From the human T2T-CHM13v2.0 reference genome, Homo sapiens: 64,000 nt of DNA. Both the position numbers and the translations under genes were made by a program. Location of the stretch: assembly GCF_009914755.1 (NCBI RefSeq), contig NC_060929.1. One strand, given 5' to 3'. Shown piece by piece: positions 33,741-49,110 of the stretch; the first letter of the stretch is position 1; each line of letters begins with the position of its first letter. The notes under the pieces were generated by a model. That model searched no databases and had not been told where the DNA came from. It saw only the letters and a list, made by a program, of their open reading frames with translations.

Positions 33741-35378
33741 GGATGATGAAAGTAGCTGAATAGAAACTATAAAAAGAAGAATAAAAATAAAAATAAATGG
33801 AGTCCAAAGAAAAGCTGGTAAGAGTCGATGACTCATTCCTTATGATCTCTAAGCGTGGGGAGAGCTTCTCTTTCACTTACTTGACAAGTTCTTCCTGGAA
33901 TTAGCCTTGCCTGCCTCTTCTCATCACTGGAATGGTAGGGTCAGAAAAGTATAAACCCACATGAAGAGTAAAGGGTTCAACATGCCACATGGAATACTGA
34001 CATCCAAGTATAGGCTGGCCTCTGGCATTGCCCAAAGGATTCCCTGTAGCTTCACTGCCACTTCACAGGTCACCCAAAGCCCCACTTAATTTAGTTTATT
34101 GACTGACTTTGTCTCTATATCTAGATCCCTTTCTGGGGGACACAGTGATGGCTGGTTAAGGAAACTCAAAGTTTATAATTCTAGGATTTCAGAAATTAGT
34201 TTTCTTTCTCTACCCCACCTGCCTGCATTTAAGACACAATAGACATTTCACACATATAACAAAATTACCTAAAAGAAGGAAAATTGAACAGATATGTCTT
34301 TCTACTTAAGCTGGGCTGTGGTCAGTATGAAAATTTAGAGTTAGAAAATGCTACACCTGATCTATGTTGCTTCGATATTGCCTTTTTATAAATCAATTCT
34401 ATTTAAGCCATATGCAAAATTCAACAGTATCCTTGCAGTCCTTTTCCTCTAGGTGAAATTTATACAAATTTGCAAGTGTTTCTAGGGAAATCGTATAGTA
34501 TAAAAAAGATGATATGTGGTATGCTTGGCATTTTGTACGTATAAGAAATTTGAAAAGAAGTTACTTTTCCAGCAATATGACCAAAAGGTTTCATGTGCAA
34601 TTTTTAAAATCATAATATTTATACTCTCTTTTTCATGGATATGTCAGAACACTTCAGCAAAGTAATTTAGTAATTATCTTTACATCCCTCTGTAAACTCT
34701 CAATTCAGGAGCTTAAAAAATGTTCAAAAATTAACACATGCAATTGATTAATTCAGACAAAAAATAAATGACTAGAGAAAAAAGATTGTAGCAATTTCTA
34801 AGATAATTTCTACTACAGCAGTAAGTATTTACTATAGCAATAGTACTTACTACAGCAATTGTTTCTTATGGCAATAAGTACTTCAAAATCATGTCTGCGT
34901 ATATGTGTGTGTGAGACAGAAACCGTTTACTGACACTGAGAAAGAACACAGATATACTATATATTTTAATAAGAAGAGCACACTTGAGTAACCAAATCTT
35001 GTGTTCTCTGTAATATTATTTCCAAGCACTTACCTAATTTTCTGCATTGTAATTTGTCTAGAAATGTAATTTCTCTAGGAAGATTGAAATAATTTTCATT
35101 TTAAGGACTATATATGCAGTTTGTTTTGATCGAGGCACAGAAACTTGTGAAGTTTTCAGCGCACAATGGCACAATGGTCTTTCAATATATATCTTTTGAC
35201 TGAATTAGAGAAGCAATTGAGTAGAGCTTATCTTATGGGGAGAGGAAAGGAGGCCATGTTAGGGCAAGAAACTACTATCCAATGATGAGAGATGGCAAAG
35301 AGACACTGAAATCTTAGCATAAACATCACAAAAACTTGCTTAGTGGGGAGAAGAAGGGAAATTTTTTCCATTGAATGG

Positions 35379-35811
35379 TGATATAGTTTGGATATGTGTC
35401 CCTGCCCAAATCTCATGTTGAATTGCAATCCCCAGTATTGGATGTGGGGCCTGGTGGGAGGTGATTGGATCATGGGGTGGATTTCTCCTGAATGGTTTAA
35501 CACCATCCCCTTAGTGATAAGTGAGCTCTTGTTCTGAGTTCACATGAGATCTGGTCATTTAAAAGTGTGTGACACCTCCCTCCACCCCAGTCTCTCTTTC
35601 TCTCTCCTGCTTTCACCATGTGACTTGCCTGTTCCCCCTTCAACTTCCACTATGATGGAAAATTCCCCAAGGCTTCACTAGAAACCAAGAAGATACCAGC
35701 TCCATGCTTCCTGTAAAGACTGCTGAACCATGAGCAAATTAAACCTCTTTTCTTCACAAACCACCCAGTGTAAGGTACTTCTTTATGGCAATGCAGTAAC
35801 AGCCTAATACA
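35379..35811 (+). mobile_element. MSTA/MSTB MaLR solo LTR
   Basis: TGATATAGTTTGG...CTAATACA; TSD A(A/G)TGG. Confidence 0.9.
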
Positions 35812-38800
35812 AGTGGTATGTACAGACTCTGAGCTATGACTTAATTGCTTTCTGATTTTAAGCTCCATCTTCCAAAAATTTTAGTAGCTCCTTTCTATCT
35901 CTGTATATTTATGCCCGTCTGTTTCACTGAACATCAGTTCTCTTAATCGGTAATGCATCTTATTCACCCTGGTTCCACTATAGCCTGAGCCCAGTGACTT
36001 GCAAACAACAGACATGTAGTAAGTAATTATCATTTGGGTTTGATTAAATTTTACTAATGGTTCATATCTTCCTTGCCTGTCTGGTCTCTTTTCTACTAAG
36101 AAAATCCCTGAACATTTAGTTTTCTTCTCTTCTTTTGCTTCTCTATTTTTGCTAAACATTCTGATATTTTGGTGACAATTTCAGATTGACTAATTTGGGA
36201 CATGGGAGGTGCAAAATCCTGCCAAGGGAAGGTCTGATGGATGAAACAATACTTTGGTACAGAACAAATCAGAAATTTAATTTCATTTTGAGCTGGTGGA
36301 AGCTTCAGTTTATAGCCTCTGGCTCCTCTCCTCAGCGTTCTGTAGAGAATGCCTCTCCCTGTCTTTCATCTCTTCTGAAGAGGTCTTTTTCTTTGGCTAC
36401 AGGTGGGATCTTTTTGGACAAATAAGATATTTTTGTACTTGTTTCTGTCTGCTGTCTACTGTGAACTTCTAGTAGGAAGCCTTAGCAAACTCTATCCTCT
36501 TCAGAAGACTCACCATGGGGTGCTTCTTTTGATTTGAATAATTTATTGGTCTATCTCTCTTTTTCTTATCCTCTTGTGAGGGACTTGGATGAGCAGATCT
36601 CAGTTCTATAGCTAAACCAGCTGCCATTCAGGCAGACCTTCAAGAGATACACAGCAGAATTCCAGCAGGTTCAAGGCTGTGGAGACTCAGAGGTTCCAGT
36701 TAACTAAACACCTGAGGGTATCGGAGAGAGACCCTCAAAGGTAGCAGCAGTCTCTGAGCAAATGAGTATTTTAGTATGTCTGTCTGTTTATATCTTACAG
36801 AGTTGACTCCTGTAGTTCTCCTTTTCAGCTAAGTTTAGTCATTGACATTGAAGAGCTAAGAGGATGAATCAGAAAGAAAGAAATAAAAGAGACTAAATAT
36901 GAGGAGATAAAGATTAGGTGTAGTGCTAGCAAATTTCCCAACATGAATCACGTATTTCTTTAAATCCATTTTTGGTTGAAGCTGAATAGTGTAGACTAAA
37001 TAAAGGTCTAAGAATGATCTTAATGAAAATAAAAATTTTTGTCCCAGAGGTTACCACCATCCCGAGGTCATGTTTTACTGTGGCTATGAACAAATGGAGA
37101 ACCCTTACCCAGGGAAAGCAAAATAAAAGTAGACAGGACTTAATCTTGTGTAATTCTATGGATTCTTAGTTTACTCTTCCATCTCAGCATAAGGCAAAAC
37201 AATACTTTCTTAAAGAGCTCTTTTTATTTACTCCCTTCAGCTACAGCTGTGTGTACCAGAATATGGGCAGTCCCTCTCAGGATAAATGCCTCTATTTTAC
37301 AGATTCGCAAATAATCTACAACTAAACCCAACACGTTATTAGTTTTTCTAAGAAGCGAAGAGCATGAAGCTTTACAAAACAGAAATGCAGAAAGGACCCT
37401 ATGGGAGGCTTGGTGTGCTCACTCTAGAAGATTCAAGTTGATTGCTTAACAGTAGAAGGCCACAGAGGAACTGCTGGAAATAGGTTTCTGCCTTATCTAT
37501 GTAGTTTAATTGACACCACATATGAACACATCCCAGGAAGGCCACTTTTGATCATGAAAATATTCTACGGATAAGTCATCTTTGTTTTCATGTCACTGAG
37601 TCTTACCAACTTAGCAAATAAGCATAGAAAATTTCCAGAGATTAAAAGGCAGGTTTATTGTCTATAGTGATAGGACAGGGCACTGTTTAACTAAAGAAAA
37701 AAAATCCCAATCTCCTGAGCCATCCATCTGTAACAATATTTTGGAACTGTGATACTTCTTATTTTACCACATTCCATATACGAATGATGGAAAGAAAAGC
37801 TACTTGGTTGAAAAATAATTTATATGAAAAGCGCAGAAGAAACCCAAAAAGGAAATTAATCAGATTACTTTCTCACCTTCAGGTGATTGTTACAGATGTT
37901 TCACAAGTCTCAGGACATCTGCTGTTCATCAATTCTAACAAATACATGGTGTCACTATAAAGCCAAAGCATTAGTCTCATATTTACAATCCAGAGGTTTT
38001 CTACTTCTTTTTTTCCTGCTTTGCTCCTGCAAGTTAGAATTCACAAAGAATTAAACATCCTAGGCAGCTTTTATTCTACACTGGTAGAGGTAGATCCTTT
38101 AATTCAAGGCATAAAAAATGGAGAAATCCATGATCTATAATCAGCAAAAGAAACAGCAGAGGATAATATATTTTTGTTAATCATCTACTTTTTTTTTAAC
38201 CTGGTATTTATTTTCCTAAGACAAATTAAGCCCATGTCAATTAACTTTCACTCCATAACCATTCATTACAGAAAGCAATTTAAGGGATGAAGAATTATTT
38301 GTTAAATCAATCCCCAATTTATTAGCTGTCTTGACTTTTAGCAAGTTTAAGATTACTTTTTATAATAATTCCATCTTTGGATTGCTTAGTGCTCAGATAT
38401 AAACAAATCTTTTGAATAGAAGATATTTTAGTTAATAACACTTAAATTCATAGATCCTGAAAAATTATATATGTAGATTTTCATAGTCAGTTTGTACCTA
38501 ACTCCAGAAACTTAAAATATTATATAGGGACATTTAAAAAATCTGAGTCCAAGAAACAAAAGTTATTGACACAAGGGATATAACTATAAAAACAGACATT
38601 TTTACCTTTTCATTTCATGAATTAAGTAAAGTAAGAAGAAGAAGGAAAGAAATAACTCTATGTGTTGATATGTAAATAAAAATGCAAACGTGTTTTGCCG
38701 TTGTTCAAATCACCCATTATGAATAAGTGCTTTTGTTTTCCATGTTCCTGTGGGATATATCAGGTCAAATGTCAGTTCTATCCTCAAAATGGCCTCTTAA

Positions 38801-40374
38801 AATCCTGTCTCTCCTTCCTCCAAGAGCAGGTGTATGAAATAAACCAGCAGGCAGTCAAAGTTGAAATTACATTTGTGCGTCCTAAATCATGACATTCAGT
38901 CTTGAAGAGAAAGAAGAAAGCACAGATGTCTTTTCACCAAAGGACCTATCTCTGTGGAGAAGAAAGTGGGGGGGTGGGGGACAGGAAACTGCAGAGACAC
39001 AACACATTCCTGTTTGCTCCAACTGAGCACTTCCACAGACCTTCTTTGTATTAGACAGAATGGAGATCAGACTCTCACACGTGTCCAGGCCAAGATCAGT
39101 GCTGCAGATTCTCAGCAGTTCTCTGTGTTCAGTCTGCTCTCCTGAATTAACATCATTTTATATTTGATCATTATGAATCTCAGTTCTTGCATAAGCAGGG
39201 AAAAAATTTAGGTTATTGAGAGAGGGAGAGGAAAACCCTGCTGAGACGTGCATGTGGGCTACTTTTGGACCATCCGTTTGAATACGGTGTCCAATGCCAT
39301 GGTCCTTCCATACATATGATTTTCTACTCTCAAATAAGCTCAGCAACTTTCCTAGAATAAACATTTGAACAACTTTTAAAAGAAGCTAGTTAGGGATTTA
39401 GAAATGTAATTTGAACATTAACATTAAACCGTGCACCTGCATTTTCTTTAATCTTCAAATGTAAAAATCCAGGATATTTCCCAAATTATGCTGCTAATGT
39501 GTGTTTTGTTTTAATTTTTTTAATGTTTCAAACATATTTCTAGCCTTTTGAAAAATAAAATTCAAAAAAAACAGAAAAATAAAATAAAAATTAAGTTGAC
39601 ATATAACCTATCTTCTTTTTAAAAAATACTATCAAGAAGGGAACATCCTACTCCAGTCCCATTGCCCAAATTTAAGATTTGATTCTTAGCTTTCCAGGCT
39701 TTTTATTTCTTGATATATAAGAGTATGTGTTTCTGTATATGTATGTATGTATATACACATATTAATAAATATTTATGCTCATATATGCTTTACACAATTT
39801 GATCCTATTTTATCTAGAATTTGTGTTTTAAATTATTTAACAAAATATCCTAAAAAATATTTTCATAGTCCTAGCTCCTACAGTGGGCACTAAGTTTTAG
39901 GCTAATTTTTTTAACAACTAGGTATAAATTTGAATTCCTAATTACTTAGTAGAGTGCTTTAGACATTTAGCTTTCTATTTCTAGTATTTGAAAGAGTGAC
40001 AAAAATATTTTATTACAGAAAATACACACAGCATTAGAGAAGCAAGCAAAACCAGACTATGCCTTAAAGGCCAATGGGTTTGCTGACTGACAGTACCTTC
40101 TGAATTCCTAGAAAAACCTCTGTTCATATAACTGATTTCTATACAAAGCAGACTTCACTATTCTGTGTGAATTCCATGAAAGTTTTCACAAAGGAATAAG
40201 TTCAAATAACATCCTAAGGAAGATGCACTTTAAATGATCTAGCATCTTCTCCACTAAATCTTGTTAGGCAGACACTTAGAGGTCACCATATCGAATTGTT
40301 TCATTCAATGACATTTCATTACTTTTTTTTGAAACCATCAAAAAAAATCAACCATTTGTTTAAAAATATATTAT

Positions 40375-41240
<866 letters not shown>

Positions 41241-42264
41241 AGAAATGAAAGGGAAATAAAGAAGACAGCTTGAGGGTGAAGTGCTGCACCCCCCAACCTT
41301 ATTGTTCACTAGGATTTGTGATAAATTCATGCCTATGTTTCGAATTCTCCAATGGAATGTACTGATGATCTGTTTCTTATTACGTTTTCTACAATAATTT
41401 ATTAAATAATTTCCTTTTGGATTACTTTTAGGGGAAAAAAAGGAAAAGCAGGAGAAAAATATGTCTGAACCAATTTCCAAATTTGGCTAAAGTTTGGGAA
41501 GACATAAAGCGAAAGGGACAAGTATTAATTGTGCCTGAGATGAAATGCCTTGGGTTAAGGTTTGTTCTTATTTCAGGGTCTTCTGGCTTGTTGGCATCAG
41601 CTTTGTCCCATTTATATGTAGACATTAAACAAGATTGTCCAGTTTAAAGTCTGCTGGTTGCAGCCAAAACACTTCAGGCAGACGACATATAGGTAATCTC
41701 TTTGCCTCTCAAGTATTAGTGCTGAAATCTGGATTGTAATGATTGGCTCAAGCATGTTTGAACTGGTGTCAGGAAAATGGATCCGGATTTCTACATGCAA
41801 CTTTATATAAATAAACATCACAGTAGATGTGATCCAGGGGTAAGATATTGGGAGATGAAGTGCAGCACACGTTGCATTTCAATTTAAGAGAGCAGTCAGC
41901 TGGGGATTGAGCCTATGCAGCCCTGGGACATATGTTCAGGAAAATGTCCCTTGCTATAAACCACGTAAAAATAATGAGAAGAATCTTCCCATAGATATCT
42001 GCAAGTGGCAGAGCTCAAAAAGAAACAGTTTCTTTAAAATATATATTTTTCCATTCACACAGCTTCCATATAAAAATATGCTATATCCCAGAGGTTTTTA
42101 TCTTCATAAAATCACCCTGTATGCAATTCCTAGCACAGTGAACAAATACAGCAAAATATTTTTAACAAGCAAATAAAACCTTGCAATTTAATTTTGTTGA
42201 AAATCAAATTTTAATTTAACTAGTATAGTATTTTGCTGTCTTGTCTAAGTTTATTTTAAATTAT

Positions 42265-44420
42265 GAAGTGCCAAGATATGGAAACATACTAAATGCCAAT
42301 CATCAATGGATGAACAGATAAAGAAAGTATAGTATATCAAGGGAAAATAAGTCATTATATAAAATAGATACCTGCACACATTATATTTATCACAGAGCAA
42401 TTCACAATTGCAAAGATATGGAGTCAACCTAAGTGCTCATCAACTGATGAGTGGATAAAGAAAATGTGGCATGCATATATATAAACATACACACACACGC
42501 GCGTGCACACACACACACACACCATGAAATAATATTCAGCCTCAAAAAAAAAACAGAATAATGTATTAATGTATTTTGCAATAACTTGGATGGAACTATA
42601 AGCCATTATCCTAAGTGAAGTAACTCCGGAATGAAAAGCAAAAAATCGTGTGTTCTCACTTATAACGGGGAGCTAAGCTATGGATTGTGTAAAGGCATGG
42701 AGAGTAGTACAGTGGACATTGAAGACTCAGAAGTGGGAAGGGTGGGAGGGAAGTGAGGAATGACAAATTACCTGTCAAGTACAATGTATACTACTCAAGT
42801 GATGAGTACATTAAAAGCCCAGGCTTCACCAGTATACAATTCATCCATGTAATCAAAAACCACTTGTACCCCTAAAACTATTGAAACATTTTTTTAAATC
42901 AGTAAAACACCTGAATAGACATCTGTCAGAAAAGACCTACAATGGCCAATAGGTATATGACCAAATTCTCAACATCAGTAATCACCAGGGAAATGCAAAT
43001 CAAAACCACAATAAGATATCACCTCATTTAAATTAGAATGGCTATTACCAAAAACACAAAACATAACAGGTGTTGGTGAGGACTTGGAGAAAAGGGAACC
43101 CTTATACACTGTCAGTTGGAATGTATATTACTACAGCCATTATGGAAAATGGTATGGAGGTTCCTCATAAAATTAAAAATAGAACTATGATATGATACAG
43201 CAATCCCACTACTGGGTATATATCAAAAGGACATGAAATTTGTATATTAAAGTGATAGCTGAACTCCCAAGTTGCAGCAGTATTCATAATAGCCAAATAT
43301 AGAATCAATCTAAATGGCCATCAATGGATGAATAGACAAAGAAAATGTGGTGTATATATATACAATGGAATACTATTCAACCATAAAAAGAAAATTCTGT
43401 CATTTGTAGTAACATGGATAACCTGGGGGACATCAGATTATGTAAAATAAGCCCTGCACATCTCACTTATATTTGGAATCTTAAAAAGTCAATCTCATAG
43501 ATGTAGACAGTAAAATGATGGTTACCAGAATCTAGGATGGTTATGCAACAGGGGGATGGAAGGGGTGTTGGTCAAAAGATTTGTAATTATAGTTAGAAGA
43601 AATAAACTCAAGAGACCCATTATAGAGCAAGGTGACTATAGGTGATAACAATATATTGTCTTTTTGAAAAATACAAAGAGAATGGTAGTTAAGTGGTCTT
43701 AACACAAAAATGATACCTATATAAGGTAGTGAATTTGTTACTTCAGTATATTTAACCACTCCATAATGTATATACACTTCCAAACATCACGTTGTACACA
43801 GTAAATACATACAGTATTATCTGTCAATTTAAAAAAAATTAAGTTAAAATCATTTAAAAATCTAAAAAAAGAAAGTGTGGTATGTATACCACATTTGTGG
43901 GTGCATGTGTGCGTGTGTGCATGCGTGCGTGTGTGCATGTGTGTGTAGAATCAATCTAAGTAGTCATCAATGGATGAATAGACAAAGAAAATGCGGTATA
44001 TATACACAATGGATAATGGACATACACACACAAAATGGACTATCATTTAGCCTTTAAAAAGAAGGTAATTCCTTAATATATGACAAAATGAGTGACCCTT
44101 GGGGATATTGTACTAAGTGAAATAAACCAGTTACAGATGGACGAATACTGCATTATTCCATTTACTTTAGGTACATAGATAGAATAGTCAAATACATAGA
44201 AGCAGAGAGTAGAACAGTGGTTACCAGGGGTTGAAAAAAATGGGAAATAGGGAGTTGTTCGATGGGTATAATGTTTCAGTTATGTAAGATGAATTAGTTC
44301 TAGAGATCTGCTGCACATCATAGTGCCTATAGTCAACAATACAAAATGCTGTACACTTAAAAAATTTCTTACGAGACTAGGTCTCATGTTAAGTGTTCTT
44401 ACCATGATAAAGTATTTTTA
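42265..44420 (+). mobile_element. Stack of L1 3' ends: L1MB-like host (42265-42337, 43868-44420) containing L1PB4-like (~42340-42898) and L1MA-like (~42900-43867) pieces
   Basis: Three successive distinct L1 3'UTRs; degenerate direct repeat AAAGAAAGT(A/G)T(A/G)GTAT(A/G)T at 42320-42337 and 43868-43885. Confidence 0.8.
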
Positions 44421-44666
44421 AATATAAATATGAAATGTCTTTGCAAATATTAGAATTGTGCTGTCTTAGCACTTGGTACATGTGCCTGTGGGGGATGAAA
44501 ATAGTGATGCTGTCCACACTTCTAACATCATTATGCCTAGATATTATACTAATTACAGTAGCAATGGCAACTAAGTTTCTGTCCCCTGACTTGGGGAACT
44601 CCCACTAGATTGTAATTTTAGGATAGCTATTTTTTCCGAAATATTCCAGAATCAGTGCAGAAATGG

Positions 44667-45016
44667 TGATATCATTTGAATGTATCCCCTAGAATTCATG
44701 TGTTGAAAGCTTAATCCCCAGTGCATCAGTGTTGGGAGCTGGGGCCTCATGGGTGGTGTTTAGGTCATGGGGGCAGAGGTCTCATGTATAGATTAATGCC
44801 ATAATAAAAATGACTCTTGGGAATGGGTTTGTTCTCTTTCTCTCTTTGCCCTTCCAACTTTTGCTCTGTGAAGACACAGCAAGAATGCCCCTACAAAATG
44901 CCAGCACCTTGATCTTTGAATTTCCAGCCTCCAGAATTGTAAGCCAATAAATTTCTGTTTACTATAAGTTATTCAGCCTCAGGTATTCTGTTATAGCAGC
45001 TCAAGACAGACCTACA
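44667..45016 (+). mobile_element. MSTC/MSTD-like MaLR solo LTR
   Basis: TGATATCATTTGAATG...'CCAGCCTCCAGAA.TGTAAGCCAATAAATTTCTGTT'. Confidence 0.82.
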
Positions 45017-45056
45017 GGAAAACATGAAGCCCAATGTACTATATTAGGCCAATGCA

Positions 45057-45341
45057 CAGTAGTTCCCCCATATTCATTGTTTTGCCTTCCACAATTTCAG
45101 TTACCCTGAGTAGCCTGAAGAAATCACTCACTGCCCCACTCTGTCCCCCACAGAACGTGAATCATTCCTCTATTCAGTGTATCCACATTGTATATGCTAC
45201 TTGCCCATTAGTCACTTAGTAACCATCTCAGTTATCAGATCAAAACCAAACATAATATATATAGGGTTTGCCACCATCTGTGGTTTAAAATATCCACTGG
45301 AGGCCTTAGAACGTATTCCCTGAAGACAAGGTAGACTACTG
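45057..45341 (+). mobile_element. MER44A (Tigger7-derived) MITE
   Basis: TIRs CAGTAGT...ACTACTG; 'CGTGAATCAT', 'TTAGTCACTTAGTA.CC.TCTC.GTTATCAGATC'. Confidence 0.82.
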
Positions 45342-45547
45342 GACTCTATGACAGTCATATTCAAAAAAGCTAACACATACTTTGAGGGACACTCAGATTT
45401 GTTTCAGTCATAACAAATGTGCTCTTAATTATCCTGTATACCTTCAATGAAATTAGTTTAAAACAAATCCTACTCAAAAACAACCTCAGATTCAGTGTTG
45501 GCACAGACTTTAGAGATTAGTCTCAATTTCACTAATTCTCTTTAAAT

Positions 45548-45757
45548 CAGAGTTTCTCATCTGTGTCACTATTAACATTTTGAGCTAGATGAGCCTATGT
45601 TTGGGGCACTGTCTTGTGCAATGTGGAATGTTTCGTAATATCCCTGGCCTCTACCTACCAGATGCCAATAGCACTCTCTATCAGTGTGACAACCAAAAAT
45701 GTCTCAGACACTTCAGAATTTCCCTGGGGGGACAAAATCACCTGAGCTAGAACTACT
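45548..45757 (-). mobile_element. MER20 hAT MITE
   Basis: 'ATCCCTGGCCTCTACC...GTGACAACCAAAAATGTCTC...CCCTGGGGGGACAAAATC'. Confidence 0.85.
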
Positions 45758-46109
45758 ACTCAACCTTTCCCAGGCATTTTCCTCCAGAATCTGATTGAAT
45801 ATATATATAGTGATAGAAAAATTTCTATTAATGAGGGTACCAATTAAACATTTATAACTTTAATCAGCACTCAAATAAATGTGATTGATATGTCTTTTAG
45901 ATCACTGCCTTTATTTATTCAACACCCTCTACCACCACCTAAAAAACCACTCATCTTTCAAGACTCAGATCAAAGGTAAGAGCTTCACAGAGCCTTTCCT
46001 GACCTCACCTCAAATGTAAAAGTGACTCCTCTCCTGAGTGTTTCCCCTGAACCCCTTCCCCCTCCTTTTTCCTACCTTTCACTAAAAAAAAAAAAAAAAT
46101 AAAAATAAA

Positions 46110-46425
46110 TAACTCCTGTATGTGCTGGGCACTGTTCTGAGTTCTGGAGTTAAAGCACTAAGCAAAGCAAACCAAAAAAAAAAAAAAAAAACATGAAACT
46201 CTCCCTCATTGAGTTTGTATTCTGTAATGAAGGTGGAGAATGACAATTATTTTTAAAAATTATATGAAAAAAATTAAATAGAAAGTGGGAGGATTAAAAT
46301 GTTATAAAGATTCATGAAGGCCTCACTGAACAGGTGCTGTTTGAGATAAGACAGGAAAGTGATAAAGGATGAGTCACATGGTGATCGGATGGAAAATCAT
46401 GTCGGACAGAAGGAATGGCAGCTAT
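46110..46425 (-). mobile_element. L2 fragment
   Basis: 'TGTGCTGGGCACTGTTCT', 'GAAGGCCTCACTGA..AGGTG..TTTGAG'. Confidence 0.65.
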
Positions 46426-47409
46426 AATTGGAATGCTTCACTGTGCTTCATTCTTTATATGTCCTTCTCACTTATTAACACATAAAGAGAAATAAAGCTG
46501 TTTGTTTTGGTTATTCATACAATGCTCAGCATATACTCGGTACTTAATATATTTTTTTCCGTAAATGAAAACATGTTTTAAATACCTACCGCAAATATAA
46601 GTATCCTAACTGGAAAGGTTAGTGAGGTTTACTCAATTCACACTTCTTTAATTTGGGACTGTATGAAAATGTCTAAACATATGTTATGGAATTCTCTATT
46701 GATCTATCTATCCATCTATCATCCACCTCCATATCTATTTAACTAAAGCAAATGTCCATATAACAAACCAAAATGACTTACAGTAGGATTCTGGTATTAA
46801 TTTCAAGGTTTTTTTTATACTTTGCTTTTTCCACTATAACTGATGAGAACTCTTAGTCAGATGCTAACAAGTCTGGTCTTTTCCTTTCTCTTGGCGCAGT
46901 TTCTATCCCTTCTAAGTTGTTCAGTTCTGCTAAGAAACTGGATCTTGCCAATTAAAAGACAGGCTGGCCGAGTATAGATTGTTTCTTCCTTTTATCAATG
47001 GATTGGTAACTTTTGTGAAAAATCCCCAACCTCTTCCTCTCTGACGACACAGAGTTTACTCTGCAAATGAGCAATCTTTCTGAGATGATTCACTCTTCCG
47101 TGTTCTCAGCACAAAATAACGCTTTCTCCCGGAGACTGGCTTTCCTTTCACTCTGCAAAAGCCTGTGAGAGACACTCTCTCTCCCTCTGCTTGCAGTGCT
47201 CTGTCTTGTGTGTCACTGTTTTCCATTGACCTGTCCCATAGCAATGAGAGTGCTGTGGTTTCCTGTGCCTCTGGTCAGAGAGAGGAAGTGCCTGGTTGAT
47301 GACTGAGACAGAGGGAGTAATTCCAGTATTCATCCCGTGCAACACAATAGCCATCCTCCCAGCTGCAGCCACCCAGGGGTTTGTATTCCCAGCCACTTAG
47401 GATCCCAGC

Positions 47410-47810
47410 AGGAAAGTGATGCCACATTCAGCTTGGCATAATTTGTAATGACTTTAACGAAGAAAATATTTGCAAAAATGTGGTCAGAGAATAAGGAATT
47501 CACAAAGAGGAGTGTAGTACAACAGGGCTAAGAACATGGCACTGGGTAGGCCTGAGGAAGCAAGGAGGGTGGGCAGTCACTGTAAACTGACAGGAGCTAC
47601 AGGCTTGAGTCACACAGTCTGCCTGCAATAATGACTTGCAGAAAAGAAGCAAAGGAATATACACTTCAACCTCACTCTTCATCCTTCCCTTTTTTCTTCC
47701 CCTCCTCTGAGTTCAAGGGACCCTATTGATGTAATCCATAAAGACTGGCTCCTGCAGCCTCGCAGTACAAAGGATGGAGTCTGAGTAGCAAGTGGCAGAT
47801 GCCCAGCACA
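47410..47810 (-). mobile_element. LTR33-like ERVL solo LTR
   Basis: Reverse complement starts TGTGCTGGGCATCTGCCACTTGC...TATGGATTACATCAATAGGGTCCCTTG. Confidence 0.6.
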
Positions 47811-48971
47811 TATCATCATGGTATTTCACTCCCATTATCCTTTGGTTGACATTCACATATTAGAGATGTGAGAGATTTTCCCAATCCAAAATACTCATAG
47901 GATTGTGATATTATAAGATATTGAAGTTAGCTAGGACATTAGTAATCATTTAATCAGAAAAATTCTCAAGCATATGAAGATTGTAAATGCTTGCCCCCCA
48001 GTGTACAATGCCAGATCTGGGACAAGAAACCAGATCTCGTAACTTGGAGCCCACTATGAAATGCTGTCATTTTAGAGGCAAGTAGAGATCTAAAACAGCA
48101 AATGCGATTTAGGCCTTCTTGCAATATATGATATGTGTTTGTGTTTCCCTCCTTATATATACATATACATGTAACAATACAGAGGTAAATATATAAATAT
48201 CAATATTTATCAAAGCTAGAACGATGGGAAAGCAAACTTGACATATCAAAAAGTGCCTCAGAAATGAACAGGCAGAATTTCAAGTTTAGTCCGGTTTCTT
48301 CTAATTGACCATAGGCATTGCACTTGATAAATTCATACAAGGGATTTCAAAATAAAGTTATTTTATTTTGCTCAGTTGAATATCTTTATGCTTCAAATTC
48401 AATGCATGCTTCTAATAAGTCCCTCTCCATTACATTTAAAGCATTATTATCATATTCTTATTTCTGTCCCATTCTCAGAAAGATTTGATTTGAACGTAAT
48501 GTGCATACAATCTTTAGAAGTCTGACTTGTTTTCAGAATTACAATAAGGTCTTACTTATTTGCTACTATTGGAGAACAAATATTACCATGTAAATATATT
48601 TTTAGATAACTTAAAAATATACTTTACATGATAGAACCTCTTCTCAGTAACACACAGTTTTTATAAATATCAGTTATTATACTAAACTGCATCTTATTCT
48701 CCTCAGAGTAGGAGGGTGAAGGCCTATTTGCCTCTACAGAAAATAATCTCAGGGTATAGTTTTTTATTTAATTCTTACATCAATTTTCTGAAGATTTCTG
48801 GCACCTTTAATCACTGCCAGTCTATGAACCGTCAAGCCTTGTCAGGATACCTGTTTCTTATGTCACCTTCTTTGCAAATTAATTTTACCCAATCCAATCA
48901 TGCATTTATTCAGTCAATACTGTTTAGTGAATATCTTCTAGGTAAACTTCAAAGAAATTGAGTCAATATAA

Positions 48972-49110
48972 GTGAGCTTTCTAACAAAATCGCCCAAAGA
49001 TAAACTACCTAAAAATGTTGTAAATTTCTCATCATTGAGTGTGTTTAAATATATGTTGGATGACCGTAAAAAAAGGATGCCAGAGCAGAGATTGTAGTAT
49101 CACAAAGGTG
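48972..49110 (+). mobile_element. L3/CR1 3' fragment
   Basis: 'CTTTCTAACAA...TCATTGAGTGTGTTTAA...TTGGATGACC...GGATGC' resembles the L3 3' end. Confidence 0.5.

Noticed and set aside
34788-34884. Short repeats considered as a CRISPR-like array
   Set aside because: Eukaryotic DNA, degenerate adjacent units, no unique spacers, no cas genes
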